From a virus (lineage: Duplodnaviria; Caudoviricetes), in the IMG/VR virus record IMGVR_UViG_3300028400_000008, positions 1 through 54,778 of that record: a stretch of DNA of 54,778 nt; one strand, given 5' to 3'. A program made the position numbers and the translations under genes. This document shows positions 33,401 through 39,690 of the stretch, in pieces. Position 1 is the first letter of the stretch. The number at the start of each line of letters is the position of its first letter. The notes under the pieces are model-generated. The model was not told the origin of the DNA, searched no databases, and was given only the letters and a program-made list of their open reading frames with translations.

Positions 33401-33545
33401 GGAAGCTGCACAGGGCTTCAAAAAAGGATATGAAGAGGCTACGGACCTATATCTACACAGAAGCTTGCAAGACATAGTTGAACCACGCATTCTATCGCCA
33501 ATGGAAGCTGGGAAAACGCTGTTTCAACCAGTTTTTATGGCATAA
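24405..33545 (+). CDS. Virion-encapsidated RNA polymerase, N4 gp50-like (3046 aa)
   Basis: Single-subunit RNAP motifs: SNWRAG..NYQLEKISRGL, motif A EIDASTSA (29055), motif B RDNMKKAIQEIEYG (29313), HSID (29958), motif C IYDA (30027). Zincin-like HELLH (30750). No cysteine found in 3046 aa. Confidence 0.9.
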   Translation: MDLFDIYKRTKKQRSAISQDVKKSIDSNNDLMSLFATFSGAKEEGTSANDSALFDDGMMLRTTAGVAPEILEKVNDREESRQLAEQAYQELVDKYGDSIDDIPELKIQKDALETIIKNPDLEPNENYAKALDELVNMAVGGSSKEELASEGLVVGDKEAYQEGKGFFDYSLGESTPMTELQEAQAGMDTGNLIDALWQGTNALADTVLAPWRENDKERKEERIETSRMHQASRPTQFVEEKSKEYYDKYGVVGGIKEMAKDLFENYGVSGVVRMVSEATVESLPAMIAAVGALAATKNPSTAISLLGSAGLGDYLAGKSREIYDEQKEKDWTKAITGGVLSGALDVVGAEALAGGTILRRILGKRAGEEVAKKLGEKGAAETAALFGAGVLGDAGIEVTTENLQNFLEEYGKTGNIEEAIQKAKEQAVGTTIETAGMSVPLAAMSPEGARKFHSEKMDMIGTAKKEQEQEKINQYKNAVEGIEPPQSIEEIKIAERKVAPTIQYIRANPEGKEEAISHLESHLKEIGKNDDEIEYTINSVLDAAEKLGPIYKDENGGSVNNIEMPETEEAEEEDVDINDLEARIKSDTGIIGTHELEHAMKLVDEGKYTPEEVVQKIANENDKEVFKEVYAIEPPKQSGSVPTDEVAQNIKNDLLRRWNKFKTAQNAQDKAKRLFDVAFRMPTIAFKKIDPKFVPSIDTKLVKRIVSQAKNTNEAKALVEKHNIKNPVLRNIIIELTAEKAIRDRMLSELKKEKENGTIDISDDDIVNIRKDSNKVIEHIIDNLHNPMKSEHTDFENHTREILAKIYKQKKGEIGRGIAKVSEIAKLKKPKQDIDQEIADIENDIKTLKKVGMIDEAKKLEVKKQRLLKEIEQKNKAPKLQQEIGKLKEIEKSLKHKEAKQEIRKKIEQLEAQFSEPKQAATKDATKTENKKRRYRLESGHIVSVDDSKVVLNIDGKNINLNDEKELIGNKKHLEKAGLVKKLNEDEEHIYTITQSGLMKKVLTRKGEHYSRAGETDENKAKKQEKAFVSSKIKRINEKGEAAKIDDIEVTNKEIKRIMSDWDVRPTIGKAEDRIIMRLSSKNLKTKYGEIRIQNPIADLLSIKNKNGEPAIGNLDKPLKDAMALVYRKIATFNPDYKRLVDVFGDGARPVFEAILENGVPLFAIKEEAKNIVGKVKFENGLSLFDISKKVVSDTDYLDDSFAQHLTSIAVKALVHKGFVRESKVEINGKQQAFYEIMENRSELLDRANELFDELRIESEIREPEPPGMGRASSKTEIGKVEKGTAQEEIFTAIKNMSRVKFKFNDEIGSESNKYAKMFFEHIKDKDIADMFVDEAPTLTTRVNKEIARENIERMYKRIKETYSKQKEMSFSWKIYSNWRAGITSNTINYQLEKISRGLVSPEKSITYINGTTERELKKNMEKFLFDRNGNLKDVPLKVLAFNMGIKIDRLDNDTIREQFSKMFEITPDGVVPRKGFKQAFRFAKNGLVLGMDMWKSKSSDKAALKKIAKEHEKVMTITALRDIALMDAVLRGEIKPYKVKGNVALYAKMEIDASTSASILSRLLNGTTYAKSKDIMMAGGVVLDIKSIPEALKGSGLLLKGTKKITDIYILANEKLARIIEKDNSLAARLIRQFNRDNMKKAIQEIEYGAGEKEFKHQLAREAFKILEKYIGESKSKAFATLMALKPYFPDARIVYIRNGKEESKKLKDITSLDGIDNKDISIENLHAPLLKLFEKTITKKQFEQFVREIMPTRLVLQELTNIIGKIVEAKRKNANPKWKTIKDLKESAKKEIGYIGFYNLGVFPFRISNEDAAKTSFVLPVVDKSEIKFAKKTVPYIEDRASKLLASMTHSIDSLVFFRSLNNTKAYDRLQYIYDAAIIGYDEQTLNDFSMEYNKNVIEETAKNSHIVEFSKYILENYNKELLSKNDLMKVKKALLWSKKAKTKLFEKIDAMQHFVYSPLGKNDELFAYKPDDKKKLIEDIGKSYDQVLNHQLLKDIDIAEKKKNTEKDVRSKSIELGESIRKTLLGEEILDNDGLAKYLRQMVSEKDEYANHLIDIVETLEDNLIGNEVIKLVKYKGDKFSLGSIQKDGDMYTIEVVLSDKDIVTSDIEVFTHELLHIVIDNTLPLSQEHKLKIKKAINTTIKALQEKYGKGNEWMAFLPKQYNDEDVEVAKSVAAYALFGEGTTKHEHEFLIYALTNKNFIENIKDIDIDLRLFKKDKSSSYLDDLINIVKELLNKLIGLVRKNNMKANEYAVKLYNELADAYYRIGNGASTRYAFMPKAARIVAKIDSITSLMRKESDKYAKPLMNLATKLAVEPAVKVMEQIWKETEIYRDMIDNEQSRAFFQIFKLNKDVMEKDFYRIKSIAQAAKESAKEKVDAVYGTRLKELLKNFTPKEREALNMIIASSGLYGLDLKDKDELVELIKNRKSEIEKLESVINDDGVKSQIEGLVVLKTEGKVVNHRQMLNAYAIHKQLFRDKTKSKIPEAIIYKLITLKILDRIDDIERIVEKDAGAIFRTYKFYKNMEKIFRKKNELNPLHEIHGYIKTKPKPFETVAWVKTNEIPKGATVLGGSVRVKGENYVRVKIKDYTQSYTQGALGIKNLSHMGTTFSADEIVTAKDHYQGEGYALLPILSDKGKIIGWRLNDIGRPKGDITENMAYTISDMFLRDKTSEYNKKVIDLLFRDYLINEGKRKYIEISPESHSELWMMIPKQTRNYLASKYGERKLFVRPELMYDIFGYQDPYLFKNHRALAWMQKIVKDIVEMAKMKMTVLNVDTIMSNAQSNYDTLIKYGMDPIDAARRMKEAWFLADQYEEDYLESLNMYFDMASGKPINLKEYKYRLRSKEENPISIIYKEGMMTPVIDDINVIEADNKNEIRRMIEDKFLTKLNEKMRKAVKSAYPTEETQAFKIGMKLFQRGDMVAKYALYTWLREQGIPYREAIETADEAFVNYSITEHPVLKYASDVGALIFNKYLFLAWKGMARMMKLAPGRFIGTEAAQGFKKGYEEATDLYLHRSLQDIVEPRILSPMEAGKTLFQPVFMA

Positions 33546-33569
33546 TGACGAACGGGAAGGAGGTGACAT

Positions 33570-33764
33570 ATGGCAAAGGCCAAAAAAAAGATAGAGATAA
33601 AGCCTGAGAACAAAGGTAAGTTTACGCAATATTGCAAGCGTAAAGGGTATAAAGGCGTAACGAAAAAGTGTATCGAGGAGGGCAAAAAAAGCCCGAATCC
33701 AAAAACAAGAAAGCGTGCAACATTTGCAGCAAATTTCGCAAAAAAAGGAGGAAAAAAGAAATGA
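33570..33764 (+). CDS. Small, very basic protein (putative DNA-binding)
   Basis: GGAGG RBS. IKPENKGKFT...KRATFAANF, about one third Lys/Arg. Confidence 0.7.
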   Translation: MAKAKKKIEIKPENKGKFTQYCKRKGYKGVTKKCIEEGKKSPNPKTRKRATFAANFAKKGGKKK

Positions 33765-34012
33765 GAAAACTATTCATCGAAGCGTGTCAAGAGGTAGGCG
33801 TATCAAAAGGGAAAGCTGAAGCAGCATATAGGTTTTTTCTTGAGAATATGAAAAAAGAACTTGCCGAAGGTGGTTCCGTTGTAATCAGAGGCGTAGGTAC
33901 GCTAAAGAAAGAAAAAAGACAAGGAAGAAAAATCTACAGTCCATCGCTTGATAAAGTCATCGATGTTCCTGATAGAGAACTCATAGTATTCAAGCGTAGT
34001 AAAGCGAAGTAG
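33761..34012 (+). CDS. HU/IHF-family DNA-binding protein
   Basis: SKGKAEAAY..F...M...LAEGGSVVIRGVGTL...RQGRKIYSP.....IDVP.R..IVFK. ATG 33761 follows AGGAGG. Confidence 0.88.
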   Translation: MRKLFIEACQEVGVSKGKAEAAYRFFLENMKKELAEGGSVVIRGVGTLKKEKRQGRKIYSPSLDKVIDVPDRELIVFKRSKAK

Positions 34013-34379
34013 AGAGCAGGAGCTTCTCCGCTCTCTCTATGAACTTCAAAACCATATCATCTATTTCAAGCTCCAAATCTTTCAGTGTGAATGGAGCAAA
34101 AAGCTTTATTTTTAAAAATCTCAACCAAGCCCTGTCATCATGCTCACTTCCTAAAGCCAATATCTTTGCCATCGATGGATCGTCCATATATTCCGATAGT
34201 TTATAATACAGCTCATGAGCATAATTGACAGTGTTGACTTTGCTGTTATGAAGGTCATAGATAAGCTTATAATTTACTTTTCCGTCTTTGAAGATTTTGT
34301 CGTTTTTGCCAAATTTATTGTAGATCGTGTTTGGGTCTATGCCGTGAAGTCTGCTAAACTCCAATACGGTCATTGTCAC
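33990..34379 (-). CDS. Putative HTH protein, paralog family member 1
   Basis: Shares NYAHELY and LA......W..F with 38618-39052. Confidence 0.65.
   Translation of the reverse strand: MTMTVLEFSRLHGIDPNTIYNKFGKNDKIFKDGKVNYKLIYDLHNSKVNTVNYAHELYYKLSEYMDDPSMAKILALGSEHDDRAWLRFLKIKLFAPFTLKDLELEIDDMVLKFIERAEKLLLSTSLYYA
34011..34036. terminator. Hairpin where the + and - strand operons converge
   Basis: AGAGAGC-A-GGAG-CTT-CTCC-GCTCTCT. Confidence 0.4.
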
Positions 34380-34858
34380 TCCAGTAGTTTATAGTAGAGT
34401 TTATATGCAAAATCTATAGTCCTATCTATATCTTTTTTTGGATAGTGTCCATAGTGTCTTTTTACATCCTCTATTGTTTCGCCAATTATATCGAATAGCT
34501 CATCTACATTTGTTATGCCTCTGCCTATTTTTTTGTTATTGAAATCGACTTTGTATAGCTCAAGTATTGTCAGGGCAAATATAGGCAAAATGTATTCTCC
34601 GTACCTGCTTTTCTCATCTATTCCTTTATAACTCTTCATAAAGTGTAATCTTGCTAATTCGGCATATCTGTCTGCGTATATTCTTAACACATTGCCGACT
34701 TTATTTTTCAGTCTGTACAATTGAACCACCCACTGAGGTGGTTCGCTATCTACATTTTCAAATTCAAGATTCTGGTAGAATGTGTAAAGTATTGCATATT
34801 CTTTTATTATCCTTTTATCCAGCTTTTTCACATCTTCTCCTTGCAAGATGTTTTGCAC
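34376..34858 (-). CDS. Hypothetical protein
   Basis: 160-aa ORF in a tightly overlapping operon. Confidence 0.6.
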   Translation of the reverse strand: MQNILQGEDVKKLDKRIIKEYAILYTFYQNLEFENVDSEPPQWVVQLYRLKNKVGNVLRIYADRYAELARLHFMKSYKGIDEKSRYGEYILPIFALTILELYKVDFNNKKIGRGITNVDELFDIIGETIEDVKRHYGHYPKKDIDRTIDFAYKLYYKLLE

Positions 34859-35027
34859 GATCGATTTTTCCTCTCTTGATTAGCTGATAAATGTATTCAT
34901 CTATCGCCTCATTGTCAGTAATGACATCATCATCAAATAAGAAACTATAGTTATCACCTATTTTAAAAGTAGCTTTATGCATCGTTAGCTCTGGAATGCC
35001 ATTTCTCCAGTCGATTCTTTTCTTCAT
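34815..35027 (-). CDS. Hypothetical protein
   Basis: 70-aa ORF overlapping both neighbours. Confidence 0.5.
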   Translation of the reverse strand: MKKRIDWRNGIPELTMHKATFKIGDNYSFLFDDDVITDNEAIDEYIYQLIKRGKIDRAKHLARRRCEKAG

Positions 35028-35307
35028 TCTCGATCCTTTCTATTAACTTCAAGAACCTCTCAAAGTCTTTCTTCGTACACTTTTTTCTTGAGCTGCCGAT
35101 GAACAGGTAATGAAACATTGCATGGTGGTTCTTGCATAAAGTAATGCCGTTATTTATGTCAAATCTTTCGTCTTTGAAGTACGATGCGTGGTTCAAGTGA
35201 TGAGCTTCCCTATGTTTAATTGAACCACACGCTACACATCGCTTATCTCTTCTGATTGCCTTCGCTCTCCATATTCGATAAGCTCTGCTATTCCGCCAGT
35301 TCTTCAC
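34975..35307 (-). CDS. HNH endonuclease
   Basis: RDKRCVACG....EAHHL......ERFD.NNG.TLC..HH..FH. Confidence 0.88.
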   Translation of the reverse strand: MKNWRNSRAYRIWRAKAIRRDKRCVACGSIKHREAHHLNHASYFKDERFDINNGITLCKNHHAMFHYLFIGSSRKKCTKKDFERFLKLIERIENEEKNRLEKWHSRANDA

Positions 35308-35432
35308 TTGTCACCAAACAATCCATATATAGCGCCAATCACGAATGCAACAATGAGAAGAATCAAATTGAACACAATAGGTGCCAAAATCAAACCAATA
35401 CCAACGCAAAGACCAATTATTATCCATTCCAT
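35304..35432 (-). CDS. Small membrane protein (42 aa, not in ORF track)
   Basis: MEWIIIGLCVGIGLILAPIVFNLILLIVAFVIGAIYGLFGDK; stop overlaps the HNH GTG start. Confidence 0.6.
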   Translation of the reverse strand: MEWIIIGLCVGIGLILAPIVFNLILLIVAFVIGAIYGLFGDK

Positions 35433-35557
35433 TTCAATACCCTTTTAATGATTCTTAGTATATCGCTCATTAGCGAGTTATACAAATCTATTCCCATAGA
35501 AACTCCAAATCCGACAAAAATAGAAATTAGCAGAATTGTTATGATTGCTTCAACCAT
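35420..35557 (-). CDS. Small membrane protein (45 aa, not in ORF track)
   Basis: MVEAIITILLISIFVGFGVSMGIDLYNSLMSDILRIIKRVLKWNG with AAGGA RBS. Confidence 0.6.
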   Translation of the reverse strand: MVEAIITILLISIFVGFGVSMGIDLYNSLMSDILRIIKRVLKWNG

Positions 35558-35565
35558 TTCTTTCC

Positions 35566-36465
35566 TTATTCTTTTTTATATTCATCAACACCATTGGTGT
35601 CCCTTCCCTGTTTGCATTCTCCCACAAATTCATCATATAGATATCTATGCTCATCTGGCAATTTATCGAATACTGTGCAGGCAAGCTTCCTGATTTCCCA
35701 AAGAGCATCACGACTTGAGCGCAACTCAAGAAAATTCTGCAAATTCCTTCCGTCAATCTGCCACTGCAATTTTGTTTTGAACGCCTCTGGCAGCGAATAT
35801 TTTGCAATATCATTTCCTATTCCAAGAGATAGATTCTCCTTGAGGCTAATGAGCGACATTACAGAATTTAAATCAACTTTTTTATTGCCAGTGAATACGA
35901 GATATTTCTCGATTGCACTCTTTTTGTAAGCTGAATATCTACTACCAGTCAAACACAAATTTTCATTTGTGAATACCTCAAATCCAAGTTTCTCCATTTC
36001 ATGTCCGTCAGTCATGCTTTTTACCTTGTGCAGGACAATATCATTATCGTTTTTTAATTGCTTCAATGTATAGCGTGTGCTCTTGACGACCATTCTTGCA
36101 GTTCTGTGTCTTGCAAGTTCTTGCAGGCATGCCCTGCTGATACCGTCTATCTCAAACCAATAGACAAGTTGCTCAAGTACACTCTTATGTTTTAGCTTAT
36201 TTCCAATTCTTTCTAATAGTTCTTTGTCTTTTTTGCCAATGTGGTAAGCTACATCAATTACACCATATCCGCACTCTGCGCACAGTATCGAATCATATTC
36301 ATCTGCTTTAACTGAGCTTCCGCATTCTGGGCAGCTTATATTGCAGTTTGCGACACCATTACAAGCTACATAGTATGTATCACTCTTATCAAAGCTATCA
36401 TGGCTCATTCTTATTCCATTTACACAAACCCATAGCGGTGAATAGTAAATAAGATTAACTCTCAT
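35566..36465 (-). CDS. thyX: FAD-dependent thymidylate synthase
   Basis: H.SVLEQ, GISRACLQELARHR.....VKSTRY (RHRx7SxR signature), RNLQNFLELR....A.WEIR.LA. Confidence 0.95.
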   Translation of the reverse strand: MRVNLIYYSPLWVCVNGIRMSHDSFDKSDTYYVACNGVANCNISCPECGSSVKADEYDSILCAECGYGVIDVAYHIGKKDKELLERIGNKLKHKSVLEQLVYWFEIDGISRACLQELARHRTARMVVKSTRYTLKQLKNDNDIVLHKVKSMTDGHEMEKLGFEVFTNENLCLTGSRYSAYKKSAIEKYLVFTGNKKVDLNSVMSLISLKENLSLGIGNDIAKYSLPEAFKTKLQWQIDGRNLQNFLELRSSRDALWEIRKLACTVFDKLPDEHRYLYDEFVGECKQGRDTNGVDEYKKE

Positions 36466-36476
36466 ATCAGGTTACC

Positions 36477-36740
36477 TCACTTGCTTATCTTTTTCAAAAC
36501 AGCTACAAGATCTTTTTTTATTTTTTCAAGATCACCGACACATTCCTTAACATTATCGCTAATAGATAGCACGACAGCGGGATTAGCACCATTGAGTTTA
36601 AATCTGGCAGCTTCAATGCCAATTTCAGATATAGCGCCATCAAGTGCGTTTATCGCAACATCTATTTTCTCAATTGCTTCTTCTATCATTCTCTTCCTTT
36701 CATTATAAATCATTGAAATGCCTATAGTCCATATGCACAA
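36477..36740 (-). CDS. Hypothetical coiled-coil protein (start uncertain)
   Basis: Amphipathic helical ORF upstream of thyX. Confidence 0.5.
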   Translation of the reverse strand: MCIWTIGISMIYNERKRMIEEAIEKIDVAINALDGAISEIGIEAARFKLNGANPAVVLSISDNVKECVGDLEKIKKDLVAVLKKISK

Positions 36741-36793
36741 GTGCGATTAGCACACATAGCAATAGAACCACCAAGCCTATCATAAGCGCTTGC

Positions 36794-37276
36794 TCAATCA
36801 TCTTTCCTTCCTTTCATCTTTTCTAACCATTGTGCATACTTTTCATCAAGCTCCCATGTCGGGTGGTTCTTTTGAAGCAACTCCGCAATAGCGTTAGATG
36901 TCCCTTTTGATAGAAAAACATATGGATTAATGAGGTATTTACCTCTCCCAGTTCTTTTCCACATTCCACATTCAATACCTCTTTTGATCAATGGCGCAAT
37001 TCTTTTGTCGTAATCTGCGCCAATTTCACTAGCTATTTCAGTTGGTCGTTCGAATATATTATCTTTCGATTTGTTAAGTATCCACCAAAAAGCCATTATG
37101 TCTTTTGCGCCCTTACAAATATATGCCTGTTTCTCCATTATGCTCATGATATTGCCTTTAAAGTTCATTTTCTTTATGCTATAATACTTGACAGATGTGG
37201 CAATTGGGACATCAAAAAGCTCACCAGTTGCTTTGTCCACAATTGTCACTTTTCCAATCTTGCTTTCTTTTCTCAA
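36794..37276 (-). CDS. RepL-like winged-helix protein
   Basis: VDKATGEL N-terminus, EIASEIG....I...IKR.IE.G....GRGKYLINPYVF. TTG start with AAGGAG RBS. Confidence 0.65.
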   Translation of the reverse strand: MRKESKIGKVTIVDKATGELFDVPIATSVKYYSIKKMNFKGNIMSIMEKQAYICKGAKDIMAFWWILNKSKDNIFERPTEIASEIGADYDKRIAPLIKRGIECGMWKRTGRGKYLINPYVFLSKGTSNAIAELLQKNHPTWELDEKYAQWLEKMKGRKDD

Positions 37277-37311
37277 AAATGACTCCTTGATATACCCTAA
37301 TATTCTTCAGT

Positions 37312-37320
37312 ATTATAGCA
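37312..37320 (-). promoter_or_regulatory. Extended -10 sigma70 promoter TGCTATAAT
   Basis: Perfect TGnTATAAT on the - strand, about 35 nt upstream of the RepL-like gene. Confidence 0.7.
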
Positions 37321-37415
37321 CAAAATGTTACAGTATATGATATTGCTTTGTAAGTACCGTAAAATCGTGGTTTGTAAGCTTTTTGAGAGCGGTAGGGTAT
37401 ATATATAATACCTTG

Positions 37416-37631
37416 CTACTTGAAAATCCAGGCATCTATCTTGTAGAAAATGAACGCTCCAATAATTTGAACCACCAGCAGGTGGATGTATTCCATATAT
37501 CTATGCCCGTAGCAGCACTTGATTTTGATCAAGAACCACAAGGGCAACATCATTACGAAGCTAGACGCAATCCATCTAAAGAGATATATAATAAACTGAG
37601 TACTGAAGTAATCCATCTCTATTCCTTTCAT
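37416..37631 (-). CDS. Small two-TM membrane protein
   Basis: Y..RW..S..VM...L and Q.IGA.IFY.ID.WIFK. Confidence 0.65.
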   Translation of the reverse strand: MKGIEMDYFSTQFIIYLFRWIASSFVMMLPLWFLIKIKCCYGHRYMEYIHLLVVQIIGAFIFYKIDAWIFK

Positions 37632-37673
37632 ATTTGAACGCTAAGCGTCTTTTGAAGTTATTTTGATCATTGG

Positions 37674-38153
37674 TCAAGGTAGATTCAAAAAGCCGTTAGA
37701 ATCGAAATATGGACTTATGAGGTCGACAAAAATCTTTCTCTTTTTCGAATAGATCAGATTGTATGGTGCCTGGTTTAAAGGTATTGTATAAACATCATCG
37801 TGTATAAATATCGACCAAGATATTTTCGTATATTCCGTTTTGTCTGCAAGATATGAAACAACTTTTGCCTTTGTCCCCCTCTCCATGGAGTCTATTTTGT
37901 ACATCAAATCGATAGAATCCTTGTTGTATCTTCTTTTTACTAAATTAAATTGGTCAAGTATGCCAGCGTTTACAGTTCTTGTTCTATATTTTCCATTGAC
38001 AAGCGGAGTGCCTTGATATGTTTTGCAAAACACATATATACCACGAGGTGGTTCACCATAGCGCTCCATAAATGCTTTCGGATTCTCCCATTTTCTTACG
38101 GATGTATCGACTCCAAAGAAGCTGAGATAGCTTTCGATTTTTTTCCATTCCAT
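37674..38153 (-). CDS. Putative HTH protein, distant paralog family member 3
   Basis: FMERYG...YLADKTEYTKISWSIFI aligns with FADMYG...RLAVYGHRTVDAWNQYI. Confidence 0.55.
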   Translation of the reverse strand: MEWKKIESYLSFFGVDTSVRKWENPKAFMERYGEPPRGIYVFCKTYQGTPLVNGKYRTRTVNAGILDQFNLVKRRYNKDSIDLMYKIDSMERGTKAKVVSYLADKTEYTKISWSIFIHDDVYTIPLNQAPYNLIYSKKRKIFVDLISPYFDSNGFLNLP

Positions 38154-38416
38154 TCTCTCAACCTTTTAAGATGTTTTATTTTTTTGTCCTTTAGCTTTTG
38201 TATTTGTGAAGCAAGATACTCTTCCCTGTCGTTGAGTTCATGGTTTCTGTTTGCATAATTTTTAATATAGTTTTGGTGAAGCATATTTGCCTCAGCACTG
38301 ACTATTTGAGGAATTATCTCTTTTGCGCTTTTTGAAAAATCAACTGATTGATCCAGTACATTATAGTATGTGTCAAGATCCACACCATAAAGCTCCTCAT
38401 ATGTTGGCTTCATCAT
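38096..38416 (-). CDS. Hypothetical protein
   Basis: ORF in an overlapping operon with AAGGA RBS. Confidence 0.55.
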   Translation of the reverse strand: MMKPTYEELYGVDLDTYYNVLDQSVDFSKSAKEIIPQIVSAEANMLHQNYIKNYANRNHELNDREEYLASQIQKLKDKKIKHLKRLREWNGKKSKAISASLESIHP

Positions 38417-38646
38417 TTAGCTTCCTTTATTGTTGCAACTATATCCACTCTCATTTTGTCGATAGAAGGTATATAATTTATAAATATATCCCGAATATCA
38501 GCTTCATCTTTTTTACTCTTTTTGAAATATACATCCAATGTCCAAGTCCTAAAACTTTCTATGATAGATGGCAATTTTTCGTCGGAAGGATGAAATGATG
38601 TATATGAGATATACTTCTTACTTCCATTGATGCTGATTGGTTTCAT
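38413..38646 (-). CDS. Hypothetical protein
   Basis: 77 aa, GGAG RBS, ATGA overlap. Confidence 0.55.
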   Translation of the reverse strand: MKPISINGSKKYISYTSFHPSDEKLPSIIESFRTWTLDVYFKKSKKDEADIRDIFINYIPSIDKMRVDIVATIKEAK

Positions 38647-39052
38647 TCTGTTTCTCCCTTGTATAAATCCAAATCAATCGTGAGCCAAATAGGATAAATT
38701 CCATGAGCGCTTTTGACATTTTATAATATATTTCGTCTTGATGGAAAACCCACATTGATTTTCCAATATATTGGTTCCAAGCATCGACGGTTCTATGTCC
38801 GTATACTGCAAGTCGTTTTGATAAGTCTCTTTCAGTTTCAAATATATCCATAAGAAGCCAATAAAGCTCATGTGCATAGTTAAGGGCCTCTTTTTTTCTT
38901 TTTCCAAACCTCTTTATTTTGTCTATGTCTACATATGGCTTTCCGTCGATGGTGGTTCCAATTTCCTTATGCTGGCTATAGTACTGGAAAGCCCAATTGT
39001 ATGGCTTTCCATACATATCAGCGAACTTCTCTATCGTAACGAGCTTTTTCAT
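38618..39052 (-). CDS. Putative HTH protein, paralog family member 2
   Basis: LVTIEKFADMYG N-terminus (excisionase-like wHTH pattern) and NYAHELY. Confidence 0.65.
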   Translation of the reverse strand: MKKLVTIEKFADMYGKPYNWAFQYYSQHKEIGTTIDGKPYVDIDKIKRFGKRKKEALNYAHELYWLLMDIFETERDLSKRLAVYGHRTVDAWNQYIGKSMWVFHQDEIYYKMSKALMEFILFGSRLIWIYTREKQNETNQHQWK

Positions 39053-39398
39053 AGTTCGCCTTGTACCATTTTTTTTGAGCTTCTTCGCTTTTATCCTTTT
39101 CCCATTTTCCAGTTGCAGGATTGAATTTGCCTCTTCTACTATGAATTTCTCTCAATGTTTCAAACATAGCCTCTTCTGGATCGTATCCAAGCTTGTGAGT
39201 AGCTCCTGTGGCTATTACTCTTAAGTCGCATAGTGCGTCAATAATCTCATCTTCAGTCTTTGCGTTTTCAAGCTCTTCAAGCTCTTCTCTTAGCATCGCA
39301 ACCTCAGCCTGAAGGTCAAAATCCTTAAGTCCTCTTTCCTCATTCCAATCGATAATGGAATCAACTATTTTACACATTGCCAATCCTTTCATATTCAT
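39018..39398 (-). CDS. MazG-like nucleotide pyrophosphohydrolase
   Basis: I.DWNEERGL...MLREELEEL...EIIDALCDL.V...G; GKWEKD. Confidence 0.8.
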   Translation of the reverse strand: MNMKGLAMCKIVDSIIDWNEERGLKDFDLQAEVAMLREELEELENAKTEDEIIDALCDLRVIATGATHKLGYDPEEAMFETLREIHSRRGKFNPATGKWEKDKSEEAQKKWYKANYEKARYDREVR

Positions 39399-39690
39399 CT
39401 TGTATTAGTTTAGAATATCCTTGCAAATCAACAACCGTGTCTATGTGCTTGGAACCACCCCCGCCATTTACAAGCCTTGCAATCTTATGCAATATCATAT
39501 CTATTGCTTCTTTTTCGTATGGTTGAAGTTTTTGCCAATTGCCTTGATTTCGCACATCGTCTTTCAACAATTGGCATAAATCCGCTTGCGTTCTAAAGTC
39601 TCCATAAACAGATCCACGCTCACTTAGAACATTGTCTATAGTTGTCTTAACTGAGGACACTGTTTTTTCACAAATTCTATCTTTTTCCAT
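39370..39690 (-). CDS. Conserved phage protein (DUF6378-like)
   Basis: L.ERG..YGDF...EA.DMI.HKIAR..NG....D...D..GY..L. Confidence 0.7.
   Translation of the reverse strand: MEKDRICEKTVSSVKTTIDNVLSERGSVYGDFRTQADLCQLLKDDVRNQGNWQKLQPYEKEAIDMILHKIARLVNGGGGSKHIDTVVDLQGYSKLIQDEYERIGNV

Noticed and set aside
288-33490. Many - strand ORFs inside the structural operon, and + strand ORFs inside the replication arm
   Set aside because: They are antisense shadows of Lys/Glu-rich genes (Ser/Phe/Leu-rich translations, no RBS) that fully overlap well-supported genes.
33668-33760. N-terminal extension of the HU ORF
   Set aside because: It overlaps the basic-protein gene; AGGAGG precedes ATG 33761.
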